Below are positions 19,961-30,793 of a DNA stretch of 64,000 nucleotides, piece after piece. Where the stretch lies: positions 32,001-96,000 of the forward strand of contig CAVYSE010000020.1 in the NCBI GenBank assembly GCA_963771075.1, read 5' to 3'. Source of the stretch: a candidate division FCPU426 bacterium (GTDB lineage: Bacteria > Oederibacteriota > Muellerivitia > Muellerivitales > Muellerivitaceae). The first letter of the stretch is position 1. Each line of letters opens with the position of its first letter. The position numbers were made by a program, and so were the translations under genes. Under the pieces are notes generated by a model. That model was not told the origin of the DNA and searched no databases. It saw nothing but the letters and a program-made list of their open reading frames with translations.

Positions 19961-21199
19961 TCAATACCGCCGCTGGGGTTTGGGATCCGGCTTACGGTTC
20001 AAGAGATCCTCGATGTAGGACACGAGTTCCTGGGTTTCCATCGCGGCGACTTGATCCGGTGATTTCAAGGGCGGGGTTGGCTCTGCCGGCGCGGCTGGTT
20101 CCGCTGGGGGTGCCGGCTCCAGCGTTATTGGGGGCGGCGGGGTTTCGGCGATCGGGACGGGTTCCGGGTTCTCAACGGGCGCTAATGGCTCCACCGGGGG
20201 AATCGGTTCCACTGCCTTCACCGAAGAGAGTGTTGATTCCGCCTCCGACATTTTTCCTAATTCTTCGAGGCTTGGCAGGGAAGGCATGAGTAAAAGGGGT
20301 TGCTGTGTTTCCGGAAGGGCCACCGCCGGGTCGGGGCCAGACCGCTGGAAATCCGCTATTTTCTCTTTGACCGGTGGTTCGGCCTGATTGACCGCCCCTT
20401 GGGGAACGGGCGGGTTGCCCGGGAAGATAGGCTCCTTGACCGGGATCTTTACCAGATTGGGAGATTCCGAGGAGATCGGCTCGATGGGTGGTTTGGGAGC
20501 AAGGGAAATGGGCGCTTCCTGGGCGGTGGGCAGGTCTTTGGGTGCAGGTTTCGTCTTCATAGCCTCGGCGCTCATTGCCCGAACAGCCTTGGGAGGGTGT
20601 TGGTCGACCGGCAATTGGACATGAAAGGGGGCCAAAAGGGAGTAAAAGTAATATAGAAAGCTCTGGTATTGCCGGGTGGCGAATTGAACCAGGGCATCCT
20701 GAAGCGGTAGGTTGTCGCCCTTGCCCAGCCGGGTCAGCAGGTCCTTGACCGAACGGAAATAGGCCCCCGCGTCCTGGTACTTGACGTCCTTCCAGAGAAA
20801 TTGAAGTGATTCGGCGATGGCCATAATCTCCTGGCACATGCCCATCCGCTCGGTCCCGTCCTGGAAACGGATCCATCCCTGCTCGCGGAGGTTCTCCATG
20901 ACGTAATCTTCCAAGATATCCAGGCGGTCCTCCGGGTCCACCATCCGGTCGAACGATTCCTCCTTCATCGTACGGATCAGGTTGCCCAAGCTGAGGCCCA
21001 ATATCTGCTTGAGCAGAACCTGCTTGGGGATATTCCTCGTGTTCGCACGACTAAACTCGTCCAGGCTTTCCCGCATGCCCGAGACACGGATGAGGTTCTT
21101 GGCGATCTTCAAGCTGGCGCCGTCAAAAAAGATATACATTTCGTTCCTGGTTCGGATGGGAGGATCGTGGGGTAAGGCCATCCCTGACTTCCCTGACAT
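19961..21199 (-). CDS. Hypothetical protein, helical N-terminus and Pro/Glu-rich C-terminus
   Basis: 412-aa ORF with protein-like composition; no family recognised. Confidence 0.65.
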   Translation of the reverse strand: MSGKSGMALPHDPPIRTRNEMYIFFDGASLKIAKNLIRVSGMRESLDEFSRANTRNIPKQVLLKQILGLSLGNLIRTMKEESFDRMVDPEDRLDILEDYVMENLREQGWIRFQDGTERMGMCQEIMAIAESLQFLWKDVKYQDAGAYFRSVKDLLTRLGKGDNLPLQDALVQFATRQYQSFLYYFYSLLAPFHVQLPVDQHPPKAVRAMSAEAMKTKPAPKDLPTAQEAPISLAPKPPIEPISSESPNLVKIPVKEPIFPGNPPVPQGAVNQAEPPVKEKIADFQRSGPDPAVALPETQQPLLLMPSLPSLEELGKMSEAESTLSSVKAVEPIPPVEPLAPVENPEPVPIAETPPPPITLEPAPPAEPAAPAEPTPPLKSPDQVAAMETQELVSYIEDLLNRKPDPKPQRRY

Positions 21200-21295
21200 T
21201 CTACCGCCTGGGACCGCGCGATAAAGTCATTCCATGGGGATTTCGCCCCCGGTCGCAATCTCTTTATACTCTTGGTATTAACTTTATGGAAATGA

Positions 21296-23242
21296 GTGCC
21301 GATGCAAGAACCCTCCCAATCCCACCCCCCCGCTCGATCCCGGATCCTCTGGCGCCTGGTCCTATTCCTTTGCTTGATCCTGGTGGCCATTCTGGGCGCC
21401 CGCAAGATCTCGGCCCATGACATGGGGTTCCATCTCAAGGGAGGGGAATGGATCGCCCAACACCGGCAGGTGCCGCAGGTGGATACCTATACCTACAGCG
21501 CGCAAGGCAACCCCTATATCGATTCCCATTGGCTTTACCAACTCGCCCTTTATGGGCTTTACCAGGCCGGGGGTTATGACGCCCTGACCCTGGCCCATGT
21601 CGTCCTCTTGTTTTGCGGTTTTCTTTTACTGGCTCTTCGGTGCCGTAAACCCCGGGCCCCCGACTGGTTGAACCCCGCCCTCCTCACCCTGGCGGCCTTC
21701 ATTATGGAAAGGAGGTTCGTGGAGAGGCCGGAGATCGTTTCCTGGCTTTTCCTGGGCGCCACCCTGTGGGTTTTAGAAACCTATTCTTCAAAACGGAAAC
21801 CGATCCTATGGCTTTTGCCGCTCCTTCAGCTGGTATGGGTCGATATCGAGGGGCTTTTCGTGCTGGGTTGGATCGCCATGGGAGCCTACTGGTTGGGTTC
21901 CTGGCGGGAGGAAAAAAAACCCGATCCCCGGCTGACTATCTTTTCAGGGTTGGCCATCGCGGCCGATTTCCTGAATCCCTATTTCATAAGGGGAGTCGCC
22001 TATCCTTTTTCCTTCATATCCAAGATGCAAGGCGACATCTACAACCAAACCGTCACGGAACTTCGGTCTCTTCCCGATTTTCTTTCTCCTTCGGTCCTTT
22101 CAGGCGATTCTAAAAGCTTCGCCTATTTCTACTGCCTCTACCTGGTAGCCTATCTCTTGGTCACGGCCTTGACCCTCAAAAGGCGCAAGTGGACCGAACT
22201 ACTGGTCGCCGTTGCATTTGGTTATCTCTCCATCAAGGCTGTTCGAAACATTCCCCTGGGCCTGATCGCCACGCTTCCTTCCGCGACGGCGGGGTTGTCG
22301 GACCTGATCGAAAAGATTAAGGGCGGGTGGACCGGCCCAGCCATGGGGACCGATCGGGCCTGGGGGGCCGACCGGGCCTGGAGGGGCTGGCTACAATATG
22401 GCCTTCCCGTCCTTTTCGCCCTGGGGTTAACGGCCTGGGGAGCGAGGGTGGCCACCAGCGCCTATTACCTCGCGGACCTGAGGCCCGAACGTTTCGGCCT
22501 GGGATTGGACCCGGATATGCTGCCCATGGAGGCGGCCCAATATATGGCCCGGGAGCGGTTGGACGGGAAGATCCTGAACTCCCCCAATTTTGGGGGATGG
22601 CTGGAATGGGGGGGGAGTCCGCCCCTATACATGGACGGGCGGTGGGAGGTGATGGGGGATGACCTTTATCGGCGTTACCTGGACATGACCTTCACCCAGG
22701 GAAGGAGTTGGGGGGGATTAAGCGCCGAATTGATCCGAACGGGGGCGGACATCGTGATCTTCGAGCCCAGGGTCGAGGGGTCCTGGGCCGAACAACTCAG
22801 TTCCTTATCCGACTGGCGGCTGGTTTACCTGGACGGTTGCAGCGCCCTTTATTTAAAGAAGGGGTACCGGGACGATATTCCGGATTTTTCCTGGGACGGG
22901 ATGGTCACATCCCTCGGCCTGAGGCCCCTGGCCGAAGGGGACCTGGAGGAAAGCCTGGGTCGCATGGGCCATTCACGAGTTTCCTACTGGTTGGACGGGT
23001 TTATCCATCCCCGGGCTTTTCCCTGGGGGATCTTTAACCGCCGGATACTGCTGACCCATTATTCGCAGGGCCAGGCCGCTTTAAGCCTGGACCTGGAATT
23101 GGCACGCCAAAGCGGAGGGTTTTACGAACCCTTCCTCGGTTGGCTGGCCCAGGATTGCCTCAAACAAGGAAACCGGGAGGGGGCCCGCCGAGTCTACGCG
23201 CGAATCATGGAGTTAAGATCAGGGGATCAACCCGGCCGGTAG
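21296..23242 (+). CDS. Multi-pass membrane protein, GT-C glycosyltransferase-like, with C-terminal TPR-like end
   Basis: D.GFHL..GEWI.....VP..D.YTY...HWL motif after TM1, ~11 TM segments, YMDGR motif. Confidence 0.6.
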   Translation: MPMQEPSQSHPPARSRILWRLVLFLCLILVAILGARKISAHDMGFHLKGGEWIAQHRQVPQVDTYTYSAQGNPYIDSHWLYQLALYGLYQAGGYDALTLAHVVLLFCGFLLLALRCRKPRAPDWLNPALLTLAAFIMERRFVERPEIVSWLFLGATLWVLETYSSKRKPILWLLPLLQLVWVDIEGLFVLGWIAMGAYWLGSWREEKKPDPRLTIFSGLAIAADFLNPYFIRGVAYPFSFISKMQGDIYNQTVTELRSLPDFLSPSVLSGDSKSFAYFYCLYLVAYLLVTALTLKRRKWTELLVAVAFGYLSIKAVRNIPLGLIATLPSATAGLSDLIEKIKGGWTGPAMGTDRAWGADRAWRGWLQYGLPVLFALGLTAWGARVATSAYYLADLRPERFGLGLDPDMLPMEAAQYMARERLDGKILNSPNFGGWLEWGGSPPLYMDGRWEVMGDDLYRRYLDMTFTQGRSWGGLSAELIRTGADIVIFEPRVEGSWAEQLSSLSDWRLVYLDGCSALYLKKGYRDDIPDFSWDGMVTSLGLRPLAEGDLEESLGRMGHSRVSYWLDGFIHPRAFPWGIFNRRILLTHYSQGQAALSLDLELARQSGGFYEPFLGWLAQDCLKQGNREGARRVYARIMELRSGDQPGR

Positions 23243-23330
23243 GGTGAATAGCCGGTAAAAGAAAGGGTACCGTAGGAAAACTAAAAACCCGCTAGAATGT
23301 GGCTTCCAATCCATCCCCTGGAGTGAACCC

Positions 23331-23684
23331 ATGCCCGAATTTAAAAAAGCCTATGTCACCCTCATGGTGAACGACCTGGACAAGTCGGTTGACTTTTATA
23401 ACGGAACCCTCGGCATGTACGAGGACCTGCGGTTCGGCGACAGCTGGTCCGAAATGACCACGAAGGGCCTCACCCTCGGGTTGCATCCCAAGCGGCCGGG
23501 GACCCATCCCTCCCCCCATGAAAATCACATTTCCATCGGGTTCGAGGTGGCGGACCTGAAAAAAGCCGCCAGGGAACTGGAAGAGAAGGGAGTGGCCCTC
23601 CATTACCAGGAAAACGACGTGAATTTTTTGGCCTTTTTCAAGGACCCGGATGGAACCCCGCTTTATCTTGTGCAGGTCCGATAG
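23331..23684 (+). CDS. VOC/glyoxalase family protein
   Basis: VNDLDKSVDFY...LG, IGFEVADL, FFKDPDG. Confidence 0.9.
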   Translation: MPEFKKAYVTLMVNDLDKSVDFYNGTLGMYEDLRFGDSWSEMTTKGLTLGLHPKRPGTHPSPHENHISIGFEVADLKKAARELEEKGVALHYQENDVNFLAFFKDPDGTPLYLVQVR

Positions 23685-23690
23685 GCGGCT

Positions 23691-25748
23691 TTGGTCTTGA
23701 AACCCATTGGAACTGTCCCACGGGCATTGACCTTGGCGCGATTTAACACCTGGTGGAAAGAGCTTTCGGAGGAGGAAGCGGAAGAACGCCGGTTATTGGA
23801 GCCGGACCGGGTTTTCCTCATTTCGGCCCTCATGTCGCTGGATATCGCCATCAATGCCTTTTACCTGGTGTGGCGGGTTCGGAACCAACAGAGCGACCCC
23901 TATTACAATCTGCTGCCGGGCGGATTAACCCTTCTTCTATTGGGCTTGCTCCGGTGGAAGCCGGACCACTACCGGTGGATTGCCCGTTTCTGCCTCCTCC
24001 AAGTTTTCCTGTTTATCATTGCCGGGCCCGATATCTGGAACCCCGGCTATCTGGCCCCCACGATGGTGTTCCTGCCCCTTCTCCCTTTCTTATCCCTGAT
24101 GCTGGACGGCCCCCGCGCGGGCCTGGTGATGATGGCCCTGGAAAGCCTATTTTTCTTGTTTTACCTCCACCAGGTGCCAGGCCTTGCGCCCCGAGACGGA
24201 CAGATGCGGTTCAACCTCTTGTTGAACATCCTGGGATATTTTTGGGTGGGCTGGGCCGCCTGGCGCCAGTTCCAGCGGCTGAATGGAATCCAAAAGGAAA
24301 ATGCCTCGGTCCTGAGGGAACTCAATGACGAATGCGAGCGCAGCTTGAAAAATGTTTTCGAGAAACTGGAGACCCATGTGAGGCAGATGGGCCTTCTCCT
24401 GAATGGGGAGGGGCCGGTGGACCCAACCCTCCTGACCGACCCTGTCGCGTCCATCCATGGGCTTTTGAGGGGATTCGGGCAAAACCCCGGTCCCGGTGAG
24501 GAAAAGGAATCCATCCCGGGCGGCCTTGAGCAGTTGGGGGAAGCGCGCCTGAGGGTCGCTAAAATTCTGGCGGCCGCGATTTTGATCCTTCAGAGCTTTT
24601 CGGTTTTTAGGATCCTGTATTCCCATCCGCCCTTGAGGTTCTATCCGTTCCTGGCGCCGTACCTATTATTGGTTTTCGTGGCCTTCGTTTTGTTAAGGCA
24701 AACCCGCTGGGAAAAACGGTTGGCTTGGCTGCTGGTGATGACCGTCATCGCCATTTTTTTCACGGGATGTCTTTACTGGGGATACGGTGAACCGGCGCCG
24801 GGCCTCGTCTCCCTGCCCGCCATCCTCATGTTCTCGTCCTTGCTGGAATTAGAGGGCTTTTGGCTCCGGGGAACGGCGATGACGTTTTGCCTGGCGGGTC
24901 TCGGTTTTTATAGCCTTACCCCCGCTCCCTTGCCATCCCCCCAACTCAAGTTGTTGGTCTCGCTGATGTTGATGTTGCTGGTGGCCTTGGCCTCGGGCTG
25001 GGTCTTTTGGCGCCTACGCCGCAGGCTTCTCATGCTTTTGGAGGATCAAAATGAAAGATATCGGGTTTCGCTGAGGGTCCGGCGGCGGCTCCTGGGCACC
25101 CTCCGGCACGATATTATCAACCCCCTTTCGGCCATCAACCTGTTTTTGTCCGTCAACCCACGAACTCCCGATTGGGCGCAGATCCGCGCGCTCACGGCCC
25201 GAATGGCGAATATCCTTCGCAACAGCCGGGACCTGCTCGAGACCGGTCCCCAATCGACCGCCGCCCACCTGGGACGGCTGGATTGGAATTTGCTGGTGGT
25301 ACGGGTTCGGGAGGTGTTTGGGGGTTGGCTGGGGCAAAAGGGACTGACCCTGGAGGTCCAAGGGGATACGTCAACGAATTTCGCCTGCCATCCGGAAGTT
25401 TTGTGCGACTCGGTGCTGGCCAATCTGGTCTCCAACGCCATCAAATTCTCACCGCGGGGAGCCAAGATCGAATTGACCTGCGGGGTGGCGGGAACCCAGG
25501 TGTGGATCCGGGTGGCGGACCGCGGGCCGGGCATACCCGGAGCCTTGTTGGACGAATTCCGCAAAGGACACCGCCTGCCCTCGGGCAAGGGAAGCGAGGG
25601 GGAAAAGGGCACCGGGTTGGGCCTGCTCTTGGCCCACGATTACGCCCGCTTCATGGGGGGAGAGTTGGAATTGGGACCCCGGGAGGGCGGGGGCACCGAG
25701 GCTACCTTGCGATTAAGGAAATACAATCCGTTACCCGCCGAAAATTAG
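23691..25748 (+). CDS. Membrane sensor histidine kinase (two membrane blocks, HisKA, HATPase)
   Basis: HDIINPL H-box, NLVSNAIKFS N-box, DRGPGI, GTGLGL. Confidence 0.9.
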   Translation: MVLKPIGTVPRALTLARFNTWWKELSEEEAEERRLLEPDRVFLISALMSLDIAINAFYLVWRVRNQQSDPYYNLLPGGLTLLLLGLLRWKPDHYRWIARFCLLQVFLFIIAGPDIWNPGYLAPTMVFLPLLPFLSLMLDGPRAGLVMMALESLFFLFYLHQVPGLAPRDGQMRFNLLLNILGYFWVGWAAWRQFQRLNGIQKENASVLRELNDECERSLKNVFEKLETHVRQMGLLLNGEGPVDPTLLTDPVASIHGLLRGFGQNPGPGEEKESIPGGLEQLGEARLRVAKILAAAILILQSFSVFRILYSHPPLRFYPFLAPYLLLVFVAFVLLRQTRWEKRLAWLLVMTVIAIFFTGCLYWGYGEPAPGLVSLPAILMFSSLLELEGFWLRGTAMTFCLAGLGFYSLTPAPLPSPQLKLLVSLMLMLLVALASGWVFWRLRRRLLMLLEDQNERYRVSLRVRRRLLGTLRHDIINPLSAINLFLSVNPRTPDWAQIRALTARMANILRNSRDLLETGPQSTAAHLGRLDWNLLVVRVREVFGGWLGQKGLTLEVQGDTSTNFACHPEVLCDSVLANLVSNAIKFSPRGAKIELTCGVAGTQVWIRVADRGPGIPGALLDEFRKGHRLPSGKGSEGEKGTGLGLLLAHDYARFMGGELELGPREGGGTEATLRLRKYNPLPAEN

Positions 25749-25903
25749 ACCTTGCCTTTATCCTGCCGAATAGAACCCTTTTTCCGGGTAGTTGCATTCT
25801 TCAATTGGGATGCCTGTTAAATGGGGTAAGATAATGAACGCCGCAAATAACGGCGTGTCACGGCGATTCCGCCCCATGCCGGGAATGCCAGGGGAGCAGG
25901 GTT

Positions 25904-27909
25904 TTGAACCTATTTACGGCTTGGTGGAAAAATCTGGGGGAGGGCGAAGAGCTCAACCTCGAAATCCTGGAAGGGGAGCGTTTTAATTTCGTCTCCGCCT
26001 TTTTGATCTCGGATGTTTTGATCAACGGCATTTACGTCTTCTGGCGGGTTTATAACCGCCTTCCTTACGCCTGGTTCCCCCTTGTGGCGGGCCTGGCCAC
26101 CCTGGCCCTCTGGGCTTGGCTCCAATGGAAACCCTACCACCGGACCTGGGTGATCCGGCTTTCACTCGTTGAGATATTGCTGTTCATCGTGACCGAACCC
26201 GGTTTTTGGGACCCCGGTTATTTCCCGCCCACCATGGTTTTTTTGCCGTTGCTGCCCTTTCTCGCCCTCCTTCTGGATGGCCCCCGAACGGGCCTTTGGA
26301 TCATGCTCTTAGAATGCGTCGTTTTTTTCCTGTACGTTGATACCGTCCCCACCCTCGACATTCGTGAAAGCCAAATGCGCCTGAATTTTTTCCTGATGCT
26401 CGTTGGTTTTTTTTGGCTGGGCTGGCTGGCCTGGCGCCAGTTCAACCGGCTGACCGCCCTCCAGAGGGAGAACGCCGGGATTTTAAAAACCCTTAACGAG
26501 GAAAGCGGCCGGAACCTGAAAAATGTCTTTGAGGTCCTGGAGGAGCGGGTGGAGGGGTTGGACCTGCTGCTGGGGGGGAGAGCATCCCGCCCCTTTCCCT
26601 GATCGCGGGAAGAATCCGGGACATGACGGAGGTGTTAACCGGGTTTAAACGGCAATCCCCAGGCATTTACGAAAATCGGCCCATTCCCGCCCGGACGGAT
26701 CTACTGGAGACAACCCGCCTCATCATCGTGAGGGTCTTCACCGATCTTTTGTTGGTCATGTTGGTGATCGCCATTATTCACAATTTGATGGCCTATCACC
26801 GGCCGTGGCGTACCCTCATTTGTTTTTTCATACCCCTGGGTCTCTTCTTTCTTTTCCGGTGCTTCCTGGTCCGGCGCGTTCATTGGAACGATTCCCTCTC
26901 CTGGATTTTCCTGATTCTCTTTTACGCCAATTTCATTTCGGGTTATTTTTATTGGGGTTGGCTCGTCCCGGCGCCCGCGGTCATTTGCCTTCCCGCGGTG
27001 ATCCTCACGGCCACCCTCTTGGAGGTGTCGGGGGGGTGGTTGAGCGCCGTCGGGGTGGGCCTCTGCTGGCTGGTCTACCTGGTTTATTACTTCTCGCCCG
27101 CTCCCCGGACTCTGCTCGAGACCAAGCTCCTTTTAACCCTGATGTTGTTGACGCCGGTCGTCCTGGCCGCAGGCTGGGCCTTTTGGCGCCTGAGGGGAAA
27201 ACTGACCCGGGAACTGGAGACCCAAAACGAGAATTACCGGCGGTCGCTGAATGTCCGGAGGCGCCTTCTGGGCACCCTGCTTCACGACCTCGCCAACCCC
27301 CTCACCGCCTTGCAACTCCATTTGACCCTTCAATCGACCTCGGCGGATGTGAGCCAGGTCCGCGACCTCAACCGGCGCATGCTGAACATCCTCAAGAACA
27401 GCCGCGACCTGTTGGACTCGGAAGACCAGGCCTCGCCCAACCGGCTGGGCCACATGGGTTGGGGCACCTTGGTGGAGAGGATCCGGCAGGTTTTTGGGGG
27501 GCGGCTGGAACAAAAGGGGATGACACTGAGGCTCCAGGGCGACCCTGACTTGAGGTTCATCTGCCTCCCCGATGTGCTTTGCGATTCGGTAATGGCCAAC
27601 CTGGTCTCCAACGCCTTGAAGTTTTCCAACCGGGGCGGAACCATCGAGATCACCTGCGCGGCCGCCGGAGCCCAGGTCCGAATTCGGGTGGCCGACCGGG
27701 GGCCGGGAATACCCGAGGGGCAATTGGATGATTTCCGCAAGGGCCGCCATTTGAAATCGGGCACCGGCAGCGAGGGTGAGCAGGGTACGGGCTTAGGGCT
27801 GCTCCTGGCCCGCGATTACACGCGATTCATGGGAGGGGAACTGGATTTAGGCGTCCGGGAAGGCGGTGGCACGGAGGCGAACCTGCGCTTAAGGAAATAC
27901 GACCCCTAG
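25904..27909 (+). CDS. Paralogous sensor histidine kinase, frameshifted at the G7 run 26572-26578
   Basis: ORFs 25904-26602 and 26623-27909 together align colinearly with 23691-25748; HDLANPL, NLVSNALKFS. Confidence 0.85.
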
Positions 27910-28155
27910 ATCATCGAGTTAAGGTACGGCGCTTTTGGCTTAAGACTCCTGATAAACCGAGGGGGCTGTTCGATCGTAGGCCGATCCCATTGTTCGGTGG
28001 TTTGGCTTTGGATGCGATTTTTCCGCTTCCGCATTTACCGCACCGCGAATCCCTGGCCAGCGAGGCATCCCACCCGGCCATCCGGCTCCCTGAAGGAGAG
28101 GCTATAAGGGATTTCGCCAAGCTTGAACGGCCGTTCATCCGTTATCGGTTTGCCG

Positions 28156-29424
28156 CTAATGATCCTTCGGCACCGACAGGGCTAAGAGGCCCGCGAACAG
28201 CAGGGTCAAGGCCAAGGCCAACATGCCGTATTCGAAACGCTGGGTCGCCTCCTTGATATAACCGATGATATTGGGCCCCACGAAGCCGCCCAGGTTTCCC
28301 ACCGAGTTGATCAGGGCCAAGCCTCCCGCGGCGGAACGCCCGCTCAAGAAGCCCGCCGGCAAACTCCAGAAGGGTCCCAGGGTGCTCCAGATGCCGGTGG
28401 CGGCCGCGCAAAGCGCGAAGAAAGCCAGAAGGGGATGGCCCGCTTGGAAGGCCGCTCCCAACCCCAGGGCCGCTGACGCCCCAAAAGCGCATAGGGCCAG
28501 ATGCCATCTTCTTTCACCGGTTGCGTCCGAGCTACGGGCGACCCACACCATCCCGATGGAGGCGCAAAGGTAGGGCAGGGCGGATATCAGGGCCACCGTT
28601 GCGTTGCCAAGCCCGGAAAAGTTCTTCACGATCTGGGGAAGCCAGAAAGCCACTCCGTAAAAACCGATGACGATGGAAAAATAAAGCCCGCAAAGCCTCC
28701 AGACCCTGGGATGAGTCAGGGTTTCCCACAGCGAATAGGGATGCCTGGTCTCAATCTCTTTTTTCTCTTTCTCCATCATTTCCTGAAGCAGGGTCCTTTC
28801 CTCCGCCGTAAGCCACGGGGCCTTTTCCGGGTTGTCGGCCAGGTAAAAGTAGGTCGTGAAACCCAGCAACAAGGAGGGGACGCCTTCCAAAAGAAAGAGC
28901 CATTGCCAACCCATCAGGGACCCGATTCCCCGCATTTGGAGAAGCGCCGCCGAAAGGGGCCCGCCGACGACTCCGGCTAAGGATGTGGAAGTCAAAAAAA
29001 GGGCGAAGGTTCTTGCCCTTTCCCGGGCGGGAATCCAATAGGTGAGGTACAGCAGGATGCCGGGAAAGAAGCCCGCTTCGGCGATCCCCAAAAGCAGGCG
29101 AAGGGCGTAGAAACTGGCGGGAGTTTTGACGAACATCATGCAGGAGGAAACCAGGCCCCAGGTGACCATGATGCGGGTGATCCAGACCCGGGCACCCAGC
29201 CTTTGCATCATCAGGTTGCTGGGGATCTCAAAGAGGACATAACCGATGAAAAAGATGCCGGCCCCCAGGCTGTAGGCGGTATCGCTGAATTGAAGGTCGG
29301 ATTTCATTTCCAGGGCCGCGAAGCTGATGTTGAACCGGTCCAGGTAATTGAGGATGTAGCAAAGAAAAAGATAGGGGATCAGGCGCCAGGAAACCTTGGC
29401 GACGACGTGTTTTTCCAGGTCCAT
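28156..29424 (-). CDS. MFS transporter, ACS family (TtuB/nicotinate-like organic acid permease)
   Basis: WRLIPYL...NYLDRFNISFA, LFEIPSN, GIAEAGFFPG, GWQWLFLLEG; start may be 29457. Confidence 0.9.
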   Translation of the reverse strand: MDLEKHVVAKVSWRLIPYLFLCYILNYLDRFNISFAALEMKSDLQFSDTAYSLGAGIFFIGYVLFEIPSNLMMQRLGARVWITRIMVTWGLVSSCMMFVKTPASFYALRLLLGIAEAGFFPGILLYLTYWIPARERARTFALFLTSTSLAGVVGGPLSAALLQMRGIGSLMGWQWLFLLEGVPSLLLGFTTYFYLADNPEKAPWLTAEERTLLQEMMEKEKKEIETRHPYSLWETLTHPRVWRLCGLYFSIVIGFYGVAFWLPQIVKNFSGLGNATVALISALPYLCASIGMVWVARSSDATGERRWHLALCAFGASAALGLGAAFQAGHPLLAFFALCAAATGIWSTLGPFWSLPAGFLSGRSAAGGLALINSVGNLGGFVGPNIIGYIKEATQRFEYGMLALALTLLFAGLLALSVPKDH

Positions 29425-29518
29425 GGCCGCTCCCCGTGAAAATGGATGCGCCGACATTGTAGCCTCGGGTTGATCGGGTTGGTATCCTAGCCTGGAAATC
29501 GGAAAGGGTTCCACGCAA

Positions 29519-30697
29519 TTGGAGAATGAATTCCCATCGGGCGTTCGGAAGAATATGGCGGGCCTTTTGATCCTGACCCTTTTGGCGGGTTTGGGCGAAA
29601 GGCTGGGCGAGCGCTTTTTTCCCATTTATCTTTTGGCCCTGGGCGGCGGCGTTTACGCGGTCGGCCTGCTGGGGTTCTTCCAAAACCTGCTTTCGGCCTT
29701 CGCTTCCTATCCGGCGGGCTGGATGGCGGACAAGTGGGGCGGTAGGAAAACACTCCTTTTTTTCACCCTCCTCGCCTCGGCGGGTTATACCTTGGCCGCC
29801 TTCGCCAACCAATGGTTCCTGGCGGTACTGGGTTCTGTCCTTTTTCTTTCCTGGTCCGCCGTTTCCACCCCCGCTGTCCTGGGCGTAGTCTCAAAGGTAC
29901 TTCCTTCGAAGAAAAGGACCCTGGGCGTCGCCCTGCATTCCCTGGTACGCCGGGTGCCCATGGCTCTTGGTCCCGTCATCGCGGGTTTGTTGATGGCGGC
30001 TTATGGCGAAAAAACGGGGCTTCGCCTGTCTTTTTTAATGGCGCTGGTTTGCTGCGGGGCAGGCGGGCTTTTCCTATGGCTTTTATTGAAGTCGGATGAC
30101 CCCCAAGAGGAAAAGGCGGTGGGTAACCCCAAAAGTCTTTTCAAGATGATGGACCCCCGCCTGAAGAACCTTCTTTTATCCGATATCCTGATCCGTTTTT
30201 GCGAGCAGATTCCCTATCCCTTCGTGGTGATCTGGTGCCTGAAAACAATCGCCCATCCCCTTTCGGCCCCTCAATTCGGGGCCTTGACGGCCATCGAGAT
30301 GGCCACAGCCTTCCTGATCTACCTGCCCATTGCCCGATTGGCCGACCAGGCGGGGAAGAGGCCTTTTGTCCTGGTAACCTTCGTGTTTTTTTCGGCTTTC
30401 CCCCTCTTCCTTTACTACAGCCAGTCCTTGGGATGGCTGGTGGCGGCTTTCGTGTTGAGGGGCTTCAAGGAATTCGGGGAACCGGCGCGCAAAGCTTTGA
30501 TCTTGGACCTCTCCCCCTCGGACCAGAAATCGGGAATGTTCGGGTTTTATTACTTGATGAGGGATTCGGTGGTCTCCCTGGCCTCCCTGGGCGGGGCCTT
30601 CTTGTGGAACATCGGCCCTCAATACAACCTCTTCGTCGCCTTTGGGTTCGGGCTTTTAGGTACCCTTTGGTTCGTAATGAAGGGACGGGATGTTTGA
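29519..30697 (+). CDS. MFS transporter
   Basis: GWMADKWGGRK and ARLADQAGKR motif A copies, ~12 TM. Confidence 0.85.
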   Translation: MENEFPSGVRKNMAGLLILTLLAGLGERLGERFFPIYLLALGGGVYAVGLLGFFQNLLSAFASYPAGWMADKWGGRKTLLFFTLLASAGYTLAAFANQWFLAVLGSVLFLSWSAVSTPAVLGVVSKVLPSKKRTLGVALHSLVRRVPMALGPVIAGLLMAAYGEKTGLRLSFLMALVCCGAGGLFLWLLLKSDDPQEEKAVGNPKSLFKMMDPRLKNLLLSDILIRFCEQIPYPFVVIWCLKTIAHPLSAPQFGALTAIEMATAFLIYLPIARLADQAGKRPFVLVTFVFFSAFPLFLYYSQSLGWLVAAFVLRGFKEFGEPARKALILDLSPSDQKSGMFGFYYLMRDSVVSLASLGGAFLWNIGPQYNLFVAFGFGLLGTLWFVMKGRDV

Positions 30698-30793
30698 GAG
30701 GATTGATTGGGGCGCTGAAAGGGGACCAGGAGCTATGGGATGAAGACCCTGGACGATTTGTTCACAACCCATTTTGGAAAAGAGTGAGGCTAA

